The notes under the pieces were generated by a model. It was not told where the DNA came from. It did no database searches and saw only the letters and a list, made by a program, of their open reading frames with translations. The translations under genes and the position numbers were made by a program. DNA of 52,154 bases from Candidatus Micrarchaeota archaeon. GTDB lineage: Archaea; Micrarchaeota; Micrarchaeia; Micrarchaeales; CABMGC01. Location: positions 1 through 52,154 of the forward strand of contig DAHUYR010000036.1 of NCBI GenBank assembly GCA_027315135.1. Direction: 5' to 3'. Every line of letters starts with the position of its first letter. Position 1 is the stretch's first letter. Below, in pieces: positions 39,440-49,355 of the stretch.

Positions 39440-39718
39440 ATGGCACTAATCGAAGAAGGCAGGGTATGCATAAAGAAAAACGGAAGAGATGCCGGCAGCA
39501 AGGCCGCGATAACGAAGATAGTCGACAGCAAGTTCGTAATGGTAGTAACGGGAATAAGGCCAAAGGAGAGGAAGTGCAACGTTGCCCATCTGGAATTCCT
39601 TCCGGACAAGGTTGACATTAAAAACAGGTCTGCGCTTGCAAAGATCCTTGAGATAGAGGAGGCAACGTTTGACAAGAAGCCTACCCAAGAAAAGAAGGCA
39701 AAGTCCGAGAAGAAATAG
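39440..39718 (+). CDS. rpl14e: 50S ribosomal protein L14e
   Basis: IEEGRVCIKKNGRDAG, VMVVTG, RKCNVAHLE. Confidence 0.93.
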   Translation: MALIEEGRVCIKKNGRDAGSKAAITKIVDSKFVMVVTGIRPKERKCNVAHLEFLPDKVDIKNRSALAKILEIEEATFDKKPTQEKKAKSEKK

Positions 39719-39804
39719 CACCTCCTTGTACGTATTTGTAGCTGGTTCTACAAAAGGTATAAATTAAACGCAGTGCTATTCATACTACTAATCATGGGGA
39801 GAGT

Positions 39805-41310
39805 ATGGTAGAGGTAGTAACTGAGCTTGCAAAACGTCTTAACGGGATAGCCATAATCAGCTCCGATCTACAGGAAAGCGACCTTCAAGGCGCCGACTTA
39901 GAATCAATTACGGCATACATCACCAATTTTTTCAAGGATGAAAAGAGCCCAAAGATCCTCAATAGGGATATACTGGAACAGATAATGCAAACACGTATCC
40001 AGGAAGCGATAATACACGAGCCTGTGATACAGAAGCCCAGAGTCACGCCTCCGGCGCCATCGAATTTTTCCATAAGGAGCCTCGAAGTAAAGAAAACAGG
40101 GGCAAAGGCAGCAGACTTTGCAGAATACTTTAACAACAGGCTTGAACGGCTCAAAGCGATGATAATAGCAGGGAGGAACGTAAAGTTCGCCGAGGTAGTG
40201 AAGGACATAGATAGCATAAAGCAATACATGAACGGCAGGGAACTGGGAATAATAGGGATGGTGTACGACAAGATAACTACCAAGAACGGCCATATACTTG
40301 CGACAATAGAGGATGCAACTGGCACAGCAAAAATCCTATTCCTGAAACCATCCAAGGAGAGCTCAAAGGAGCAGATCCAACTGTTTTCAGAGGCTGACAA
40401 ACTACTTGTGGACGAAGTAGTAGGCGTGCGTGGGAGGATATCTGCCCCATTCATAATGGCAAACACGTTGATCAGGCCTGACATACCTATAAAGCAGAGG
40501 AAAAGAACTGAGGAAGATATGTCGATAGCATTCATGTCCGATGTGCATGCCGGGTCGAAGCTCTTCCTTGAAAAGCAGTTCAGGAACTTCCTCAAATGGA
40601 TAAACCTGTCTACCAGCTACAAGCAGGATATAGCAGAAAAGATAAAGTACATAGTTGTCGGAGGAGATCTTGTGGACGGCATAGGCGTCTATCCGAACCA
40701 GGAATCCGAGCTCACTATAGAGAGCATATACAGGCAGTACAACTTCCTCTTTGAACTCTTCTCCGAAATTCCGGAGAACATAGAGGTGTTCATGCTGCCT
40801 GGAAATCACGATGCGATGCAGAGAGCCGAGCCGCAGCCTCAGCTTGCCGAGGAGTTTCTGAAGGAGATGAAATTCAAGAACATACACATGATCTCAAATC
40901 CGGGATATGTTACGCTAGATGGCATAAAGGTACTCTCATACCATGGAACATCATTAGACTCTGTAATCCACGGGATAAAAGGATTGAGCTATTCCAAGCC
41001 TGAAGGAGCGATGCTAGAGGTGCTTAAGCGTAGGCATCTCTCCCCTGTCTATGGCCACAATCCAATAGTCCCTTCTTCAACAGATCAAATGATAATGGAT
41101 CAGGTGCCTGATATACTCCACATGGGCCACCTGCATAAGAACGGCAGCGCAGACTATCACGGCACGCTTATAGTAAACAGCGGAACCTGGCAGGCAAGGA
41201 CCTCTTACCAGATAAAATTAGGGCACATGCCCACTCCTGCCGTGCTCCCGGTATACAACACAAAAACGATGGAACTCTACAACGTGGATTTCAATTTAAT
41301 CAATGATTAA
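39805..41310 (+). CDS. polB: DNA polymerase D small (exonuclease) subunit DP1
   Basis: OB fold plus SDVHAGS, GDLVDGIGVYPNQ, PGNHD, YHG, RRHLSP, GHLH. Confidence 0.96.
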   Translation: MVEVVTELAKRLNGIAIISSDLQESDLQGADLESITAYITNFFKDEKSPKILNRDILEQIMQTRIQEAIIHEPVIQKPRVTPPAPSNFSIRSLEVKKTGAKAADFAEYFNNRLERLKAMIIAGRNVKFAEVVKDIDSIKQYMNGRELGIIGMVYDKITTKNGHILATIEDATGTAKILFLKPSKESSKEQIQLFSEADKLLVDEVVGVRGRISAPFIMANTLIRPDIPIKQRKRTEEDMSIAFMSDVHAGSKLFLEKQFRNFLKWINLSTSYKQDIAEKIKYIVVGGDLVDGIGVYPNQESELTIESIYRQYNFLFELFSEIPENIEVFMLPGNHDAMQRAEPQPQLAEEFLKEMKFKNIHMISNPGYVTLDGIKVLSYHGTSLDSVIHGIKGLSYSKPEGAMLEVLKRRHLSPVYGHNPIVPSSTDQMIMDQVPDILHMGHLHKNGSADYHGTLIVNSGTWQARTSYQIKLGHMPTPAVLPVYNTKTMELYNVDFNLIND

Positions 41311-44300
41311 TATGGATATAGATTCTTACTTCAAGGTAATGCGGGACGAATTCAATGCTGCATACGATGTAGCGTCAGAGGCACGCTCCAAAGGATTCGA
41401 CCCCAAACCCTACGTGGAGATAAAGCCTGCACCTGACCTGGCCAGCAGGGTAGAGGGACTGATAAACACCGAAGGCCTCACAGAGATAATCCGCACTGTA
41501 GACAAAGGCCAGTCAAGAAACAAACTCGCTTTCGATGTTGCAAGGGAGATCTGCACAAACGACAGGTTCTCGAACTACGAAGAGATGAAGAGGATAGAGC
41601 TTGCGGTCAGAGTGGGAGTTGCGGTTCTTACCGAGGGCATACTGGTTGCCCCTACAGAGGGGATAAACAGCTTTGCAAAATACAAGAATAGGGACAACAC
41701 TGATTATTTGTGCATAGTATACGCGGGTCCTATAAGGGGAGCAGGAGGAACTGCAGCTGCGCTTTCCGTGGCCCTTGCAGACCAGTGCAGGCGGATCTTC
41801 AACATAAGCGACTACAAACCTACTGAGGATGAGATAGAGAGATATATGGAAGAGATAGAGCTCTACAACGACAGGATAGCAAGGCTTCAGTACAAGCCCC
41901 CGGAGCAGGACATAAGAGAGATACTCAGGAACTGCCCGGTGTGCATAGACGGCATGCCTCCAGGTGCGCTTGAGGTCGGTGTGCATGCAAACATGAAAAG
42001 AACCCTGTCAAGCGGAAAGGAGGTCATGATGACAAATAAGGTAAGGGGAGGAGTTCCGCTCGTAGTATGCGAAGGAATAGCGCAGAAGGCAAAGAAGACG
42101 CTCAAGGAAACAAAAGGGGTCGGTCTGGACTGGGACTGGCTTAACAACATAATCAAGGTAGATGTAAAGAAGACTGCAGAGATAAAGGATGCCAAGGCTG
42201 TATTTCTGGAAGAGATAGTTGCCGGGAGGCCTATTCTTGCGTATCCTGGAATGTCAGGAGGATTCAGACTAAGATACGGCAGATCAAGGTTCACCGGAAT
42301 AGCTGCAAAGGGAGTAAGTCCGGCAACAATGATAATAATGAAGAGCTTTATCGCTACAGGCACGCAGATGAAGGTTGAATTCCCTGGTAAGGGCTGCGTT
42401 GCTGCCCCTGTAGATTCGCTCGAGGGACCTTTTGTAACTCTTAAGGACGGGACAGCTTTGAGGATAAACGATTCGGAAACTGCAGAGAGGCTCAAGGACA
42501 AAGTAGTAGAGATAATAAACGTAGGGGATCTTCTCGTTACATATGGGGATTTCAAGAAATCGAATACGCAGCTCAAGCCGCCAAGCTACACCGAAGAGCT
42601 GTGGGAACTGGAACTTAGAGAAAAGGATCCTGCATCAGTTGTAGATCACAAGACACTGACATTTGAGCATGCCCGTTCTCTCTCAATACAGCATTCCATA
42701 CCTATACACCCAAAATTCCTATTTGAATTCCAGTCAGTATCAGTCAAGGAAATAGATGCTTTAAGGGAGTATATCAAAAGCAACAGCGTAGTAACAGAGG
42801 AATCCGACGTGAAGATAAAATCAGACAGCAAGATAAAAAGAACGCTTGAACTGCTAAACGTTCCGCATAAATTAGCTGAAGAGTACCTGTTGATAGACAC
42901 AGAGATGTGGTCAGCTCTTGCTGCTTCGATTGGGGTAAACAAAGAAATTGTCCCAACCGATGAGATTAATGTCTTAGATTATGTCAATTCAATAAGCGAG
43001 TTCAAAATTTCACAAAGATCAACTTATGTGGGTGCTAGGATAGGCAGGCCTGAAAAGGCAAAAGAGAGGCTTATGAAACCAGCGCCAAACATACTGTTCC
43101 CATTAGGCTCTTATGGTGGCAGAGACCGGAACATATCCAGCGCATATTCAAACGACATGAAGAAATTCAAGCACCAAATGTCGGTAGAGATAGCCAGATA
43201 CAAATGCAGCAGCTGCAAACGCATAATAGACGCTCCTTACTGCTATGACTGTTCAAGGCACGCATACGTAGAGAAGGTCTGCCCGATATGCTCTTCAATA
43301 GTGGACGATATCTGCCCCAAGTGCGAGGTGCATGGCGTAGGATACTATCAAAGGGAAATAGATCTGACAAAGCTTGTAACAAACGCAATGACAAAACTCG
43401 GAATAAGCAAGATGCCTAAGACAGTCAAGGGAGTAAAAGGCATGGTTAATGCAAACAGGTACACGGAACCTATGGAAAAGGGCATACTCCGCTCCTTCCA
43501 CAACATATACATATTCAAGGACGGCACATCCAGATTCGACGCAACAGACATGCCCATAACACACTTCTATCCGATAGAGCTGGGCATAAGCGTCGAAACT
43601 GCAAGGAAGCTGGGATATACAAAGGACTATCTTGGAAATGAACTCACGGAAGATACTCAGCTTGTCGAGATGATGCACCAGGATGTAATACTTAACCGCA
43701 GGGGAGCGGAATATCTCCTCAAGACATCGAGATTCGTTGATGAACTGCTTGAAAGATTCTACGGGATGAAGCCCTTCTACAATGCTTCTACGATAGGCGA
43801 TCTTGTCGGCAAGCTAGTGATAACACTATCTCCGCACACCTCATGCGGAGTAACAAACAGGATAATAGGATTTACTGATGCAAGCGTCGGATTTGCGCAT
43901 CCGTATGTCATCTGCGCAAGAAGGAGAAACTGCGACGGAGACGAAGACTCTACGATGCTGCTGCTTGACGCGCTTATCAACTTTTCAAGGGAGTACCATC
44001 CAAGCAGCACAGGAGGAACGATGGACATTCCTATCATCCTTACTGTAAATGTTAAACCCGAAGAGGTGGATGATGAGGTGCATGCCATGGAATGCGTGTC
44101 TGGCTATCCTCTTGAATTCTACAGGAAGGCATATGAGAGAGCCTCCCCTTCAGAAGCGAAGCTGGAACTCGTGGAAAACAGGTTAGGCTCAAAAGAGATA
44201 TACTCGAACATACTGTTCACGATGCACTCAACTCACACTGCAGTTGACGTATCTCCAAAGAGGTCCAGCTATACTCAGTTCAAGACTATGGCTGAGAAGC

Positions 44301-44701
44301 TAGATGCTGAATTCGACCTTATGGATATGATACATGCGGTGGACAAGAGAAACGCAGCGAGGAAGGTGATAACAGGGCATTTCATACCTGATCTTATAGG
44401 AAACCTTCACTCCTTCTCCAGGCAGACCTTCAGATGCTCCTCATGCAATTCCAAATACAGGCGCATACCTCTGGCAGGAAAGTGCACAAAGGACGGCGGC
44501 AAACTGCTTCTTACAGTATCGAAGGGAGGTATAGAAAAATACCTGCAGATTGCAATAGACCTTGCAAACAAATATGACCTTGACGATTACATCAAGCAGA
44601 GATTATATCTCACGAAGGAAGAGATAAACAGTATCTTTGCAGGCGAAGAACCGCCAAAAGAAGGAAACGAAGGACAGTTCAATCTACTTAGCTACGTATG
44701 A
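41303..44701 (+). CDS. polC: DNA polymerase D large subunit DP2, no intein (alternative start 41312)
   Basis: AGPIRGAGGT, GFRLRYGRSR, RIGRPEKA, FKDGTSRFD, RRNCDGDED, zinc fingers. Confidence 0.97.
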   Translation: MINMDIDSYFKVMRDEFNAAYDVASEARSKGFDPKPYVEIKPAPDLASRVEGLINTEGLTEIIRTVDKGQSRNKLAFDVAREICTNDRFSNYEEMKRIELAVRVGVAVLTEGILVAPTEGINSFAKYKNRDNTDYLCIVYAGPIRGAGGTAAALSVALADQCRRIFNISDYKPTEDEIERYMEEIELYNDRIARLQYKPPEQDIREILRNCPVCIDGMPPGALEVGVHANMKRTLSSGKEVMMTNKVRGGVPLVVCEGIAQKAKKTLKETKGVGLDWDWLNNIIKVDVKKTAEIKDAKAVFLEEIVAGRPILAYPGMSGGFRLRYGRSRFTGIAAKGVSPATMIIMKSFIATGTQMKVEFPGKGCVAAPVDSLEGPFVTLKDGTALRINDSETAERLKDKVVEIINVGDLLVTYGDFKKSNTQLKPPSYTEELWELELREKDPASVVDHKTLTFEHARSLSIQHSIPIHPKFLFEFQSVSVKEIDALREYIKSNSVVTEESDVKIKSDSKIKRTLELLNVPHKLAEEYLLIDTEMWSALAASIGVNKEIVPTDEINVLDYVNSISEFKISQRSTYVGARIGRPEKAKERLMKPAPNILFPLGSYGGRDRNISSAYSNDMKKFKHQMSVEIARYKCSSCKRIIDAPYCYDCSRHAYVEKVCPICSSIVDDICPKCEVHGVGYYQREIDLTKLVTNAMTKLGISKMPKTVKGVKGMVNANRYTEPMEKGILRSFHNIYIFKDGTSRFDATDMPITHFYPIELGISVETARKLGYTKDYLGNELTEDTQLVEMMHQDVILNRRGAEYLLKTSRFVDELLERFYGMKPFYNASTIGDLVGKLVITLSPHTSCGVTNRIIGFTDASVGFAHPYVICARRRNCDGDEDSTMLLLDALINFSREYHPSSTGGTMDIPIILTVNVKPEEVDDEVHAMECVSGYPLEFYRKAYERASPSEAKLELVENRLGSKEIYSNILFTMHSTHTAVDVSPKRSSYTQFKTMAEKLDAEFDLMDMIHAVDKRNAARKVITGHFIPDLIGNLHSFSRQTFRCSSCNSKYRRIPLAGKCTKDGGKLLLTVSKGGIEKYLQIAIDLANKYDLDDYIKQRLYLTKEEINSIFAGEEPPKEGNEGQFNLLSYV

Positions 44702-46017
44702 GCATTCGGTGAAACTGCCTTTATAGACTCTTCAAGAATATCAAGGCCATTTTCCAATACCTTCTTGTCAATCTCAAGCTGCGGTATTATTCTTATTGAG
44801 CACTCTCCTGCTGGCAGCAGTACAAGCCCCAATTCAAATGCACGCTTTATTATCGCATCCCTCTCGGTTATCCCAGGAGTCTTGCTCTTTTTATCCTTGA
44901 CTATCTCAATTCCTATCATCAGGCCTATTCCGCGAACATCTCCTACAATTTCATACCTGTCCATCATCGCATTTAGCCTTTTCATGACTATTCTTGATCG
45001 TTCATGTATTCCAGACTCTATTCTGTGCATGTTCTTTTTTACATAGGCAAGAAGCGCATCTGCACCTGCAACAACTGTTGCATTCCCGCCAAAAGTATTC
45101 GCATGTGCTCCTTGTTTCATATCTCCAAGAGAGCTTCTCGTAACCGTAACTCCCAAAGGCAGTCCTGCGCCAATGCTCTTTGCAAACGTATAAATGTCTG
45201 CCTTCACTCCGAAATTATCCATAGCTAGGAACTTTCCCGTACGCATATATCCTGCCTGCACCTCATCATCCACAAGGAGCATTCCGTTATCATCCGCAAT
45301 CTCCCTAAGGCCTTTTATGAACTCTTTAGGCGGGACTACGTAACCTCCCTCTCCCTGCACAGCTTCAACGAATATAGCTGCAGTCTCCCCTGGAGGAATT
45401 TCCTTGGCAAGCGGATATTTCTTTATGTAATCAACGCACGCCATGCCGCATGAAGGATATTCGAGTTTGAACGGGCATCTGTAGCAATATGCATAAGGTG
45501 CATGCACTACAGGACCAAATGGTCCAGCCCCTTCACGCTGCACAGTCTTTGATGCAGTCATTGAGAGAGAGCCATAAGTCCTCCCATGGAAAGCGCCGTA
45601 AAACGCTAACACATATGGTCGTTTCGTGAATATTCTTGCGAACTTAAGAGCTGCTTCGTTTGCTTCTGTGCCTGAATTGGAAAAGAATACCTTGCCAAAG
45701 CCGCTAGGGAACATTTTCAGCAGATTCTCCGCAAAATTTACCGGTCCTTCAGAATAATAATCAGTAAATGCATTATGCATCAGGAGATCCATCTGCTTCT
45801 TTATTGCAGTCCTGACCTCTGCCCTGGAATTATCGCCGAAATTATAGACAGAGATAAAGGTTGAGAAGTCTATGAACCTGTTTCCAGAGACATCGTATAT
45901 ATAGTCGCCGCTTGCCTTTTGCACCACCAAAGGGAAATCCTCCTTTGTGGTGGTAATCATAAATTTCCTGTCCCTTTCTATGGCGCGTCTTATCCTATTG
46001 TCAACCTTGAAACCCAT
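44692..46017 (-). CDS. Class III PLP aminotransferase (4-aminobutyrate/ornithine type)
   Basis: FSNSGTEANEAA, FHGRT, EAVQGEGG, DEVQAG, FAKS, NTFGG. Confidence 0.92.
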   Translation of the reverse strand: MGFKVDNRIRRAIERDRKFMITTTKEDFPLVVQKASGDYIYDVSGNRFIDFSTFISVYNFGDNSRAEVRTAIKKQMDLLMHNAFTDYYSEGPVNFAENLLKMFPSGFGKVFFSNSGTEANEAALKFARIFTKRPYVLAFYGAFHGRTYGSLSMTASKTVQREGAGPFGPVVHAPYAYCYRCPFKLEYPSCGMACVDYIKKYPLAKEIPPGETAAIFVEAVQGEGGYVVPPKEFIKGLREIADDNGMLLVDDEVQAGYMRTGKFLAMDNFGVKADIYTFAKSIGAGLPLGVTVTRSSLGDMKQGAHANTFGGNATVVAGADALLAYVKKNMHRIESGIHERSRIVMKRLNAMMDRYEIVGDVRGIGLMIGIEIVKDKKSKTPGITERDAIIKRAFELGLVLLPAGECSIRIIPQLEIDKKVLENGLDILEESIKAVSPNAHT

Positions 46018-46068
46018 ACTCTCGTTAATGATTAGGCAAAGAAGGATTATTAAATATCTGAAAAAGCA

Positions 46069-46338
46069 CTATCCCTTTATTCCTTCAAGCATGCTGAGTA
46101 TGTTCCATATTACGGTCCTTGCATACGGAGGCAGGTTTATATCGTTGCTTACCTCGTCTACCTTGTAGGTTGCAGTACCGGCTCTTACTGAATAAGCGTT
46201 ATTCTCCTGTGTAAGTGCAGCCTTTGCCTCATTCAGAGAGTTCTTCACATTCCTAGGAACGCTATTGTCACTAAGCAATGAGTCAATCTGCTGCTTGATC
46301 TGCTCAATCATCTCATCAAATTCCTTATTGTTTCCCAT
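46069..46338 (-). CDS. UPF0147 family protein
   Basis: DNSVPRNVK, DEVSNDINLPPYARTVIWNILSMLE. Confidence 0.9.
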   Translation of the reverse strand: MGNNKEFDEMIEQIKQQIDSLLSDNSVPRNVKNSLNEAKAALTQENNAYSVRAGTATYKVDEVSNDINLPPYARTVIWNILSMLEGIKG

Positions 46339-46353
46339 TAAATCACTTTATAT

Positions 46354-46442
46354 CGGGCCCGGCGGGATTTTCAGAAGGTCTTTTGAACCCGCGACCCTCA
46401 GATTAGAAGTCTGTCGCTCTGTCCAAGCTGAGCTACGGGCCC
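46354..46442 (-). tRNA. tRNA-Arg(TCT) with a 14-nt intron at 59/60 (46368-46381); CCA not encoded
   Basis: GGGCCCG TAGCTCAGCTTGGACAGAGC G ACAGA-CTTCTAA-TCTGA GGGTC GCGGG TTCAAA[AGACCTTCTGAAAA]T CCCGC CGGGCCC G. Confidence 0.93.
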
Positions 46443-46449
46443 ATAAGCG

Positions 46450-47262
46450 TCAAATATAAAAAAACCTCTTCAGGTTCCCAGTTACCATAGAAGCCACATC
46501 ATAAAAACTAATGTCTTTCATCTTCGCTATAACTTCCAAGGTCTCCTTAACATCCAAAGGGCTGTGTCCGGCAACCGGGGAATCTGTTTCAACTACTATA
46601 TTACGTATGTCGAGATGCTTTATAATCTTTTTCCTGTTCGATGAGAGTCTAGGAGGTATGGATATTAGGTGGCCCATGCCTGCAAGTTTCTGCGCCTCTT
46701 CAAGAGCCCCGTCAAAGAAGTGCATCATGAAACGGACTTTTGGAAACTCCTCAATTATTTCAATAACATGCTTCATCATGCTCCTCGCATGCACCACAAC
46801 AGGTATTTCAAGCGCTTCGGCAATCTTTATCTGCTCCCTAAAGATATCTTTCTGCAGCTCCAAGCCATATTTATCAGTATATTTTGCATCAAGTCCTATC
46901 TCACCTATGCCTATTATCTTTGGATTTGCCTTTATCTGCATTTCAATATCGTCTATACTGTCGGCATCCTCTATCGCAGACGGATCTATCCCTATAGTTG
47001 CAAAAACACCATCATAATTAGTCATCTCTATCGCTCCTGTATTTCCGTCAACCGTGCCTCCAGAGGTTATTATAATGCCTATTCCTTCTTCACGCGCTTT
47101 GGCTATGGTGTCCAAAGGGTTTTTGAAGAGCTCAAGATGACAATGTGCATCAGACATCTCGGCCCTGTCAAGAAGATTCTCTTTTATTACGGTTTTGGAA
47201 AGCTGCGTCATGCTTACTGCCTTTATTTTTTCAGAATCTGTGTCATATGCCCTATACTGCAC
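46450..47262 (-). CDS. tatD: TatD-family nuclease (start uncertain)
   Basis: DAHCHL, GIGEIGLD, PVVVHAR, MHFF, VETDSP. Confidence 0.9.
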   Translation of the reverse strand: MQYRAYDTDSEKIKAVSMTQLSKTVIKENLLDRAEMSDAHCHLELFKNPLDTIAKAREEGIGIIITSGGTVDGNTGAIEMTNYDGVFATIGIDPSAIEDADSIDDIEMQIKANPKIIGIGEIGLDAKYTDKYGLELQKDIFREQIKIAEALEIPVVVHARSMMKHVIEIIEEFPKVRFMMHFFDGALEEAQKLAGMGHLISIPPRLSSNRKKIIKHLDIRNIVVETDSPVAGHSPLDVKETLEVIAKMKDISFYDVASMVTGNLKRFFYI

Positions 47263-47533
47263 CGTTTGACACTAATAAGACAAGAGATACTGCAACAACT
47301 ATTATGTATGCAAATGCCAGCGCATAGATAATCTTTGCCCACGTTGGCGAATTCTCATGCAGGCGTGTTCCTACCTCTGGATTTCCGGCATTCCAGCGCA
47401 CTGCCTCATTAGTGTTCATATATGAAAAATTTTCTGCTACGGTCACTTCCCTGAGTTTTTTAAAGCGTTTTTTATCCTTCATTTCCTCTCTAATTAACTG
47501 TTCAGTCTCCTTCATCTCGCTTTCTCTGCTCAT
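47252..47533 (-). CDS. Small hypothetical protein with C-terminal TM helix
   Basis: Charged N-terminus; IIYALAFAYIIVVAVSLVLLV; AT-rich promoter-like region upstream. Confidence 0.6.
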   Translation of the reverse strand: MSRESEMKETEQLIREEMKDKKRFKKLREVTVAENFSYMNTNEAVRWNAGNPEVGTRLHENSPTWAKIIYALAFAYIIVVAVSLVLLVSNGAV

Positions 47534-47678
47534 GCCATAACCACGATAACCTAATGATACCGACTCTACTTAAATATTTGCCTTGAACAGATAGGATTGC
47601 GGAAAGGAAAAGAAGTTAAATAATAGTTTATAATATAATAATAGCAAAAATAGCAACATAGTTCAAAGGTTGTTCATA

Positions 47679-48761
47679 ATGGCAAGCACAAAAAAACAAG
47701 ATTCTCAGAAGACAGTGATCTCTTACAAAAAGGCAGTGGAAACGCTGAAAATAATCTCATCAGCATCTCTGGTAATAGCAATAATCGCAATAGTGATAGC
47801 ACTATTTGCGCTAACAGAGGTAAGCCAGCATCCGGTAGCTCTTGCAAACCAGACAACAAATACGAACACTCTCAACTCAAACAACACAGTTTTCGGCAAC
47901 AGGCTTGTAAACATCGATCAACCGCTTAACGCCACCTCGCTTGCAGTAATAAACAATGCTTCAAATTCATACTTCGAAACCGCAGGAGAAATGTATCTGA
48001 ACGGATCAATAAAGAATCCAGTAGCCTACCTGATAGGCGGGTTTAAGGTAAATCCAGTGAATGGCATTATCATCAACAACAAGCCATCAGTTATATACTT
48101 AGGATCCATAACCTGCGTATTTTGCGGGGAGAATAGATGGGCAATGGCCCTTGCATTGTCAAGATTCGGAACCTTCAACAAATTGTACAAAGGATACAGC
48201 GCGCTTCAGGACAGCGACGTGCCAACATTATACTGGAACAGCAACAACTACAATGCGCCTGGAATTGATCTTACGAACCACTACACAAGCCCTTACATAA
48301 ATTTCATAACTCTGGAAGATGAATACCCGATAACCGGGGGCTTTGCCTTGCAGCCAATGACCGTAATGGGCCAGGAGATAAACAATTCAAAGAACCAGAG
48401 CGACATAGCTGCATTCAAACTTATATCTAACCTGTCTGCAAAGACCAGTGCCGCAACTGCATTCGGCGGAACTCCATATACTATATGGGGCAACTACCAG
48501 GTTGGCGGGGCAGACGGGATAGTCTTCGGAAATACATCTGCAATAAGCGGAGGTTATCCTGCGATTACCTACATGACCCACTCTCAGATACTCAATGCGC
48601 TAAACTCACCAAACGATCAGTTTTCATGGTCAGAATATGCTGCTGCAGATATCTACATATCAGAAATGTGCCTGACCCTGAACAACACTCCATCAGTCAG
48701 CGCGTGCAGCCTCCCTGCGATAAACAAGATAGAACAGCAAATCAAGAAGAATTCATTCTGA
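47679..48761 (+). CDS. DUF929-family membrane-anchored thioredoxin-like protein
   Basis: N-terminal TM; KPSVIYLGSITCVFCGENRWAMALALSRFG, VPTL, GGTP, C-terminal Cys pair. Confidence 0.8.
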   Translation: MASTKKQDSQKTVISYKKAVETLKIISSASLVIAIIAIVIALFALTEVSQHPVALANQTTNTNTLNSNNTVFGNRLVNIDQPLNATSLAVINNASNSYFETAGEMYLNGSIKNPVAYLIGGFKVNPVNGIIINNKPSVIYLGSITCVFCGENRWAMALALSRFGTFNKLYKGYSALQDSDVPTLYWNSNNYNAPGIDLTNHYTSPYINFITLEDEYPITGGFALQPMTVMGQEINNSKNQSDIAAFKLISNLSAKTSAATAFGGTPYTIWGNYQVGGADGIVFGNTSAISGGYPAITYMTHSQILNALNSPNDQFSWSEYAAADIYISEMCLTLNNTPSVSACSLPAINKIEQQIKKNSF

Positions 48762-48776
48762 TTTTCGGTAATCAAA

Positions 48777-49295
48777 ATGGCAAAGATGGCAAAAAAGCCC
48801 AAACCTGCAGGTAAGAAGCCTAAAAGAAGCGTCACATATAGACTCAAGAAATTAAAGACAGTACTAACAAGGCCAACATATCTCGCGGTGCTGGCAATAA
48901 CTGCGATAATCTATTACTATATATTCTATTACATCATAACAAGCAGCAATTATGGGCTGTTCCTCCTGACAATACCTGTATATTTGCTGTACGCATTGGT
49001 TATAACCTCGGCACTGCTCTTCACGGTGGCAATATCATCAATACACGGGCATGTCAAATACGCAAGGGCAATATCAGGAAGCGTATCTGGATCAATAATC
49101 GTTCTTGCCGGAGGCACGGTGGCCAGCTGCGCATGCACAATACCTGTATTCGTCTCCCTGTTGTACATATTCGGAGCAAGCGTTGCAGATGTCACTCTGG
49201 TAAACTTCTACATAAGCACATATCAGCTGTACATAATGGCAGCTTTGATAATTGTAAACGTGGCACTAACATACAATTATCTAGGAAAACTCTGA
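48777..49295 (+). CDS. Four-TM membrane protein with a CxC motif
   Basis: Four hydrophobic segments; GGTVASCACTIP; 15 nt downstream of DUF929. Confidence 0.75.
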   Translation: MAKMAKKPKPAGKKPKRSVTYRLKKLKTVLTRPTYLAVLAITAIIYYYIFYYIITSSNYGLFLLTIPVYLLYALVITSALLFTVAISSIHGHVKYARAISGSVSGSIIVLAGGTVASCACTIPVFVSLLYIFGASVADVTLVNFYISTYQLYIMAALIIVNVALTYNYLGKL

Positions 49296-49355
49296 TGAAG
49301 GCAAAGTTTTTATATCTGGAAAACGACACAATCATTTAGCATACAGGCGAGTACT

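Noticed and set aside
1064..39735. TTGTAC(G/C)TAT downstream of the Yip1 gene and rpl14e as further copies of the island repeat
   Set aside because: Only ~10 nt of similarity with no matching flanks.
39885..42576. Long antisense ORFs (39885-40595, 41887-42576) and similar ones elsewhere
   Set aside because: They lie opposite strongly conserved genes and have no recognisable motifs; codon-bias artefacts.
41303..44701. Intein in DP2 (also checked in Cdc6)
   Set aside because: Lengths and motif continuity match intein-free proteins.
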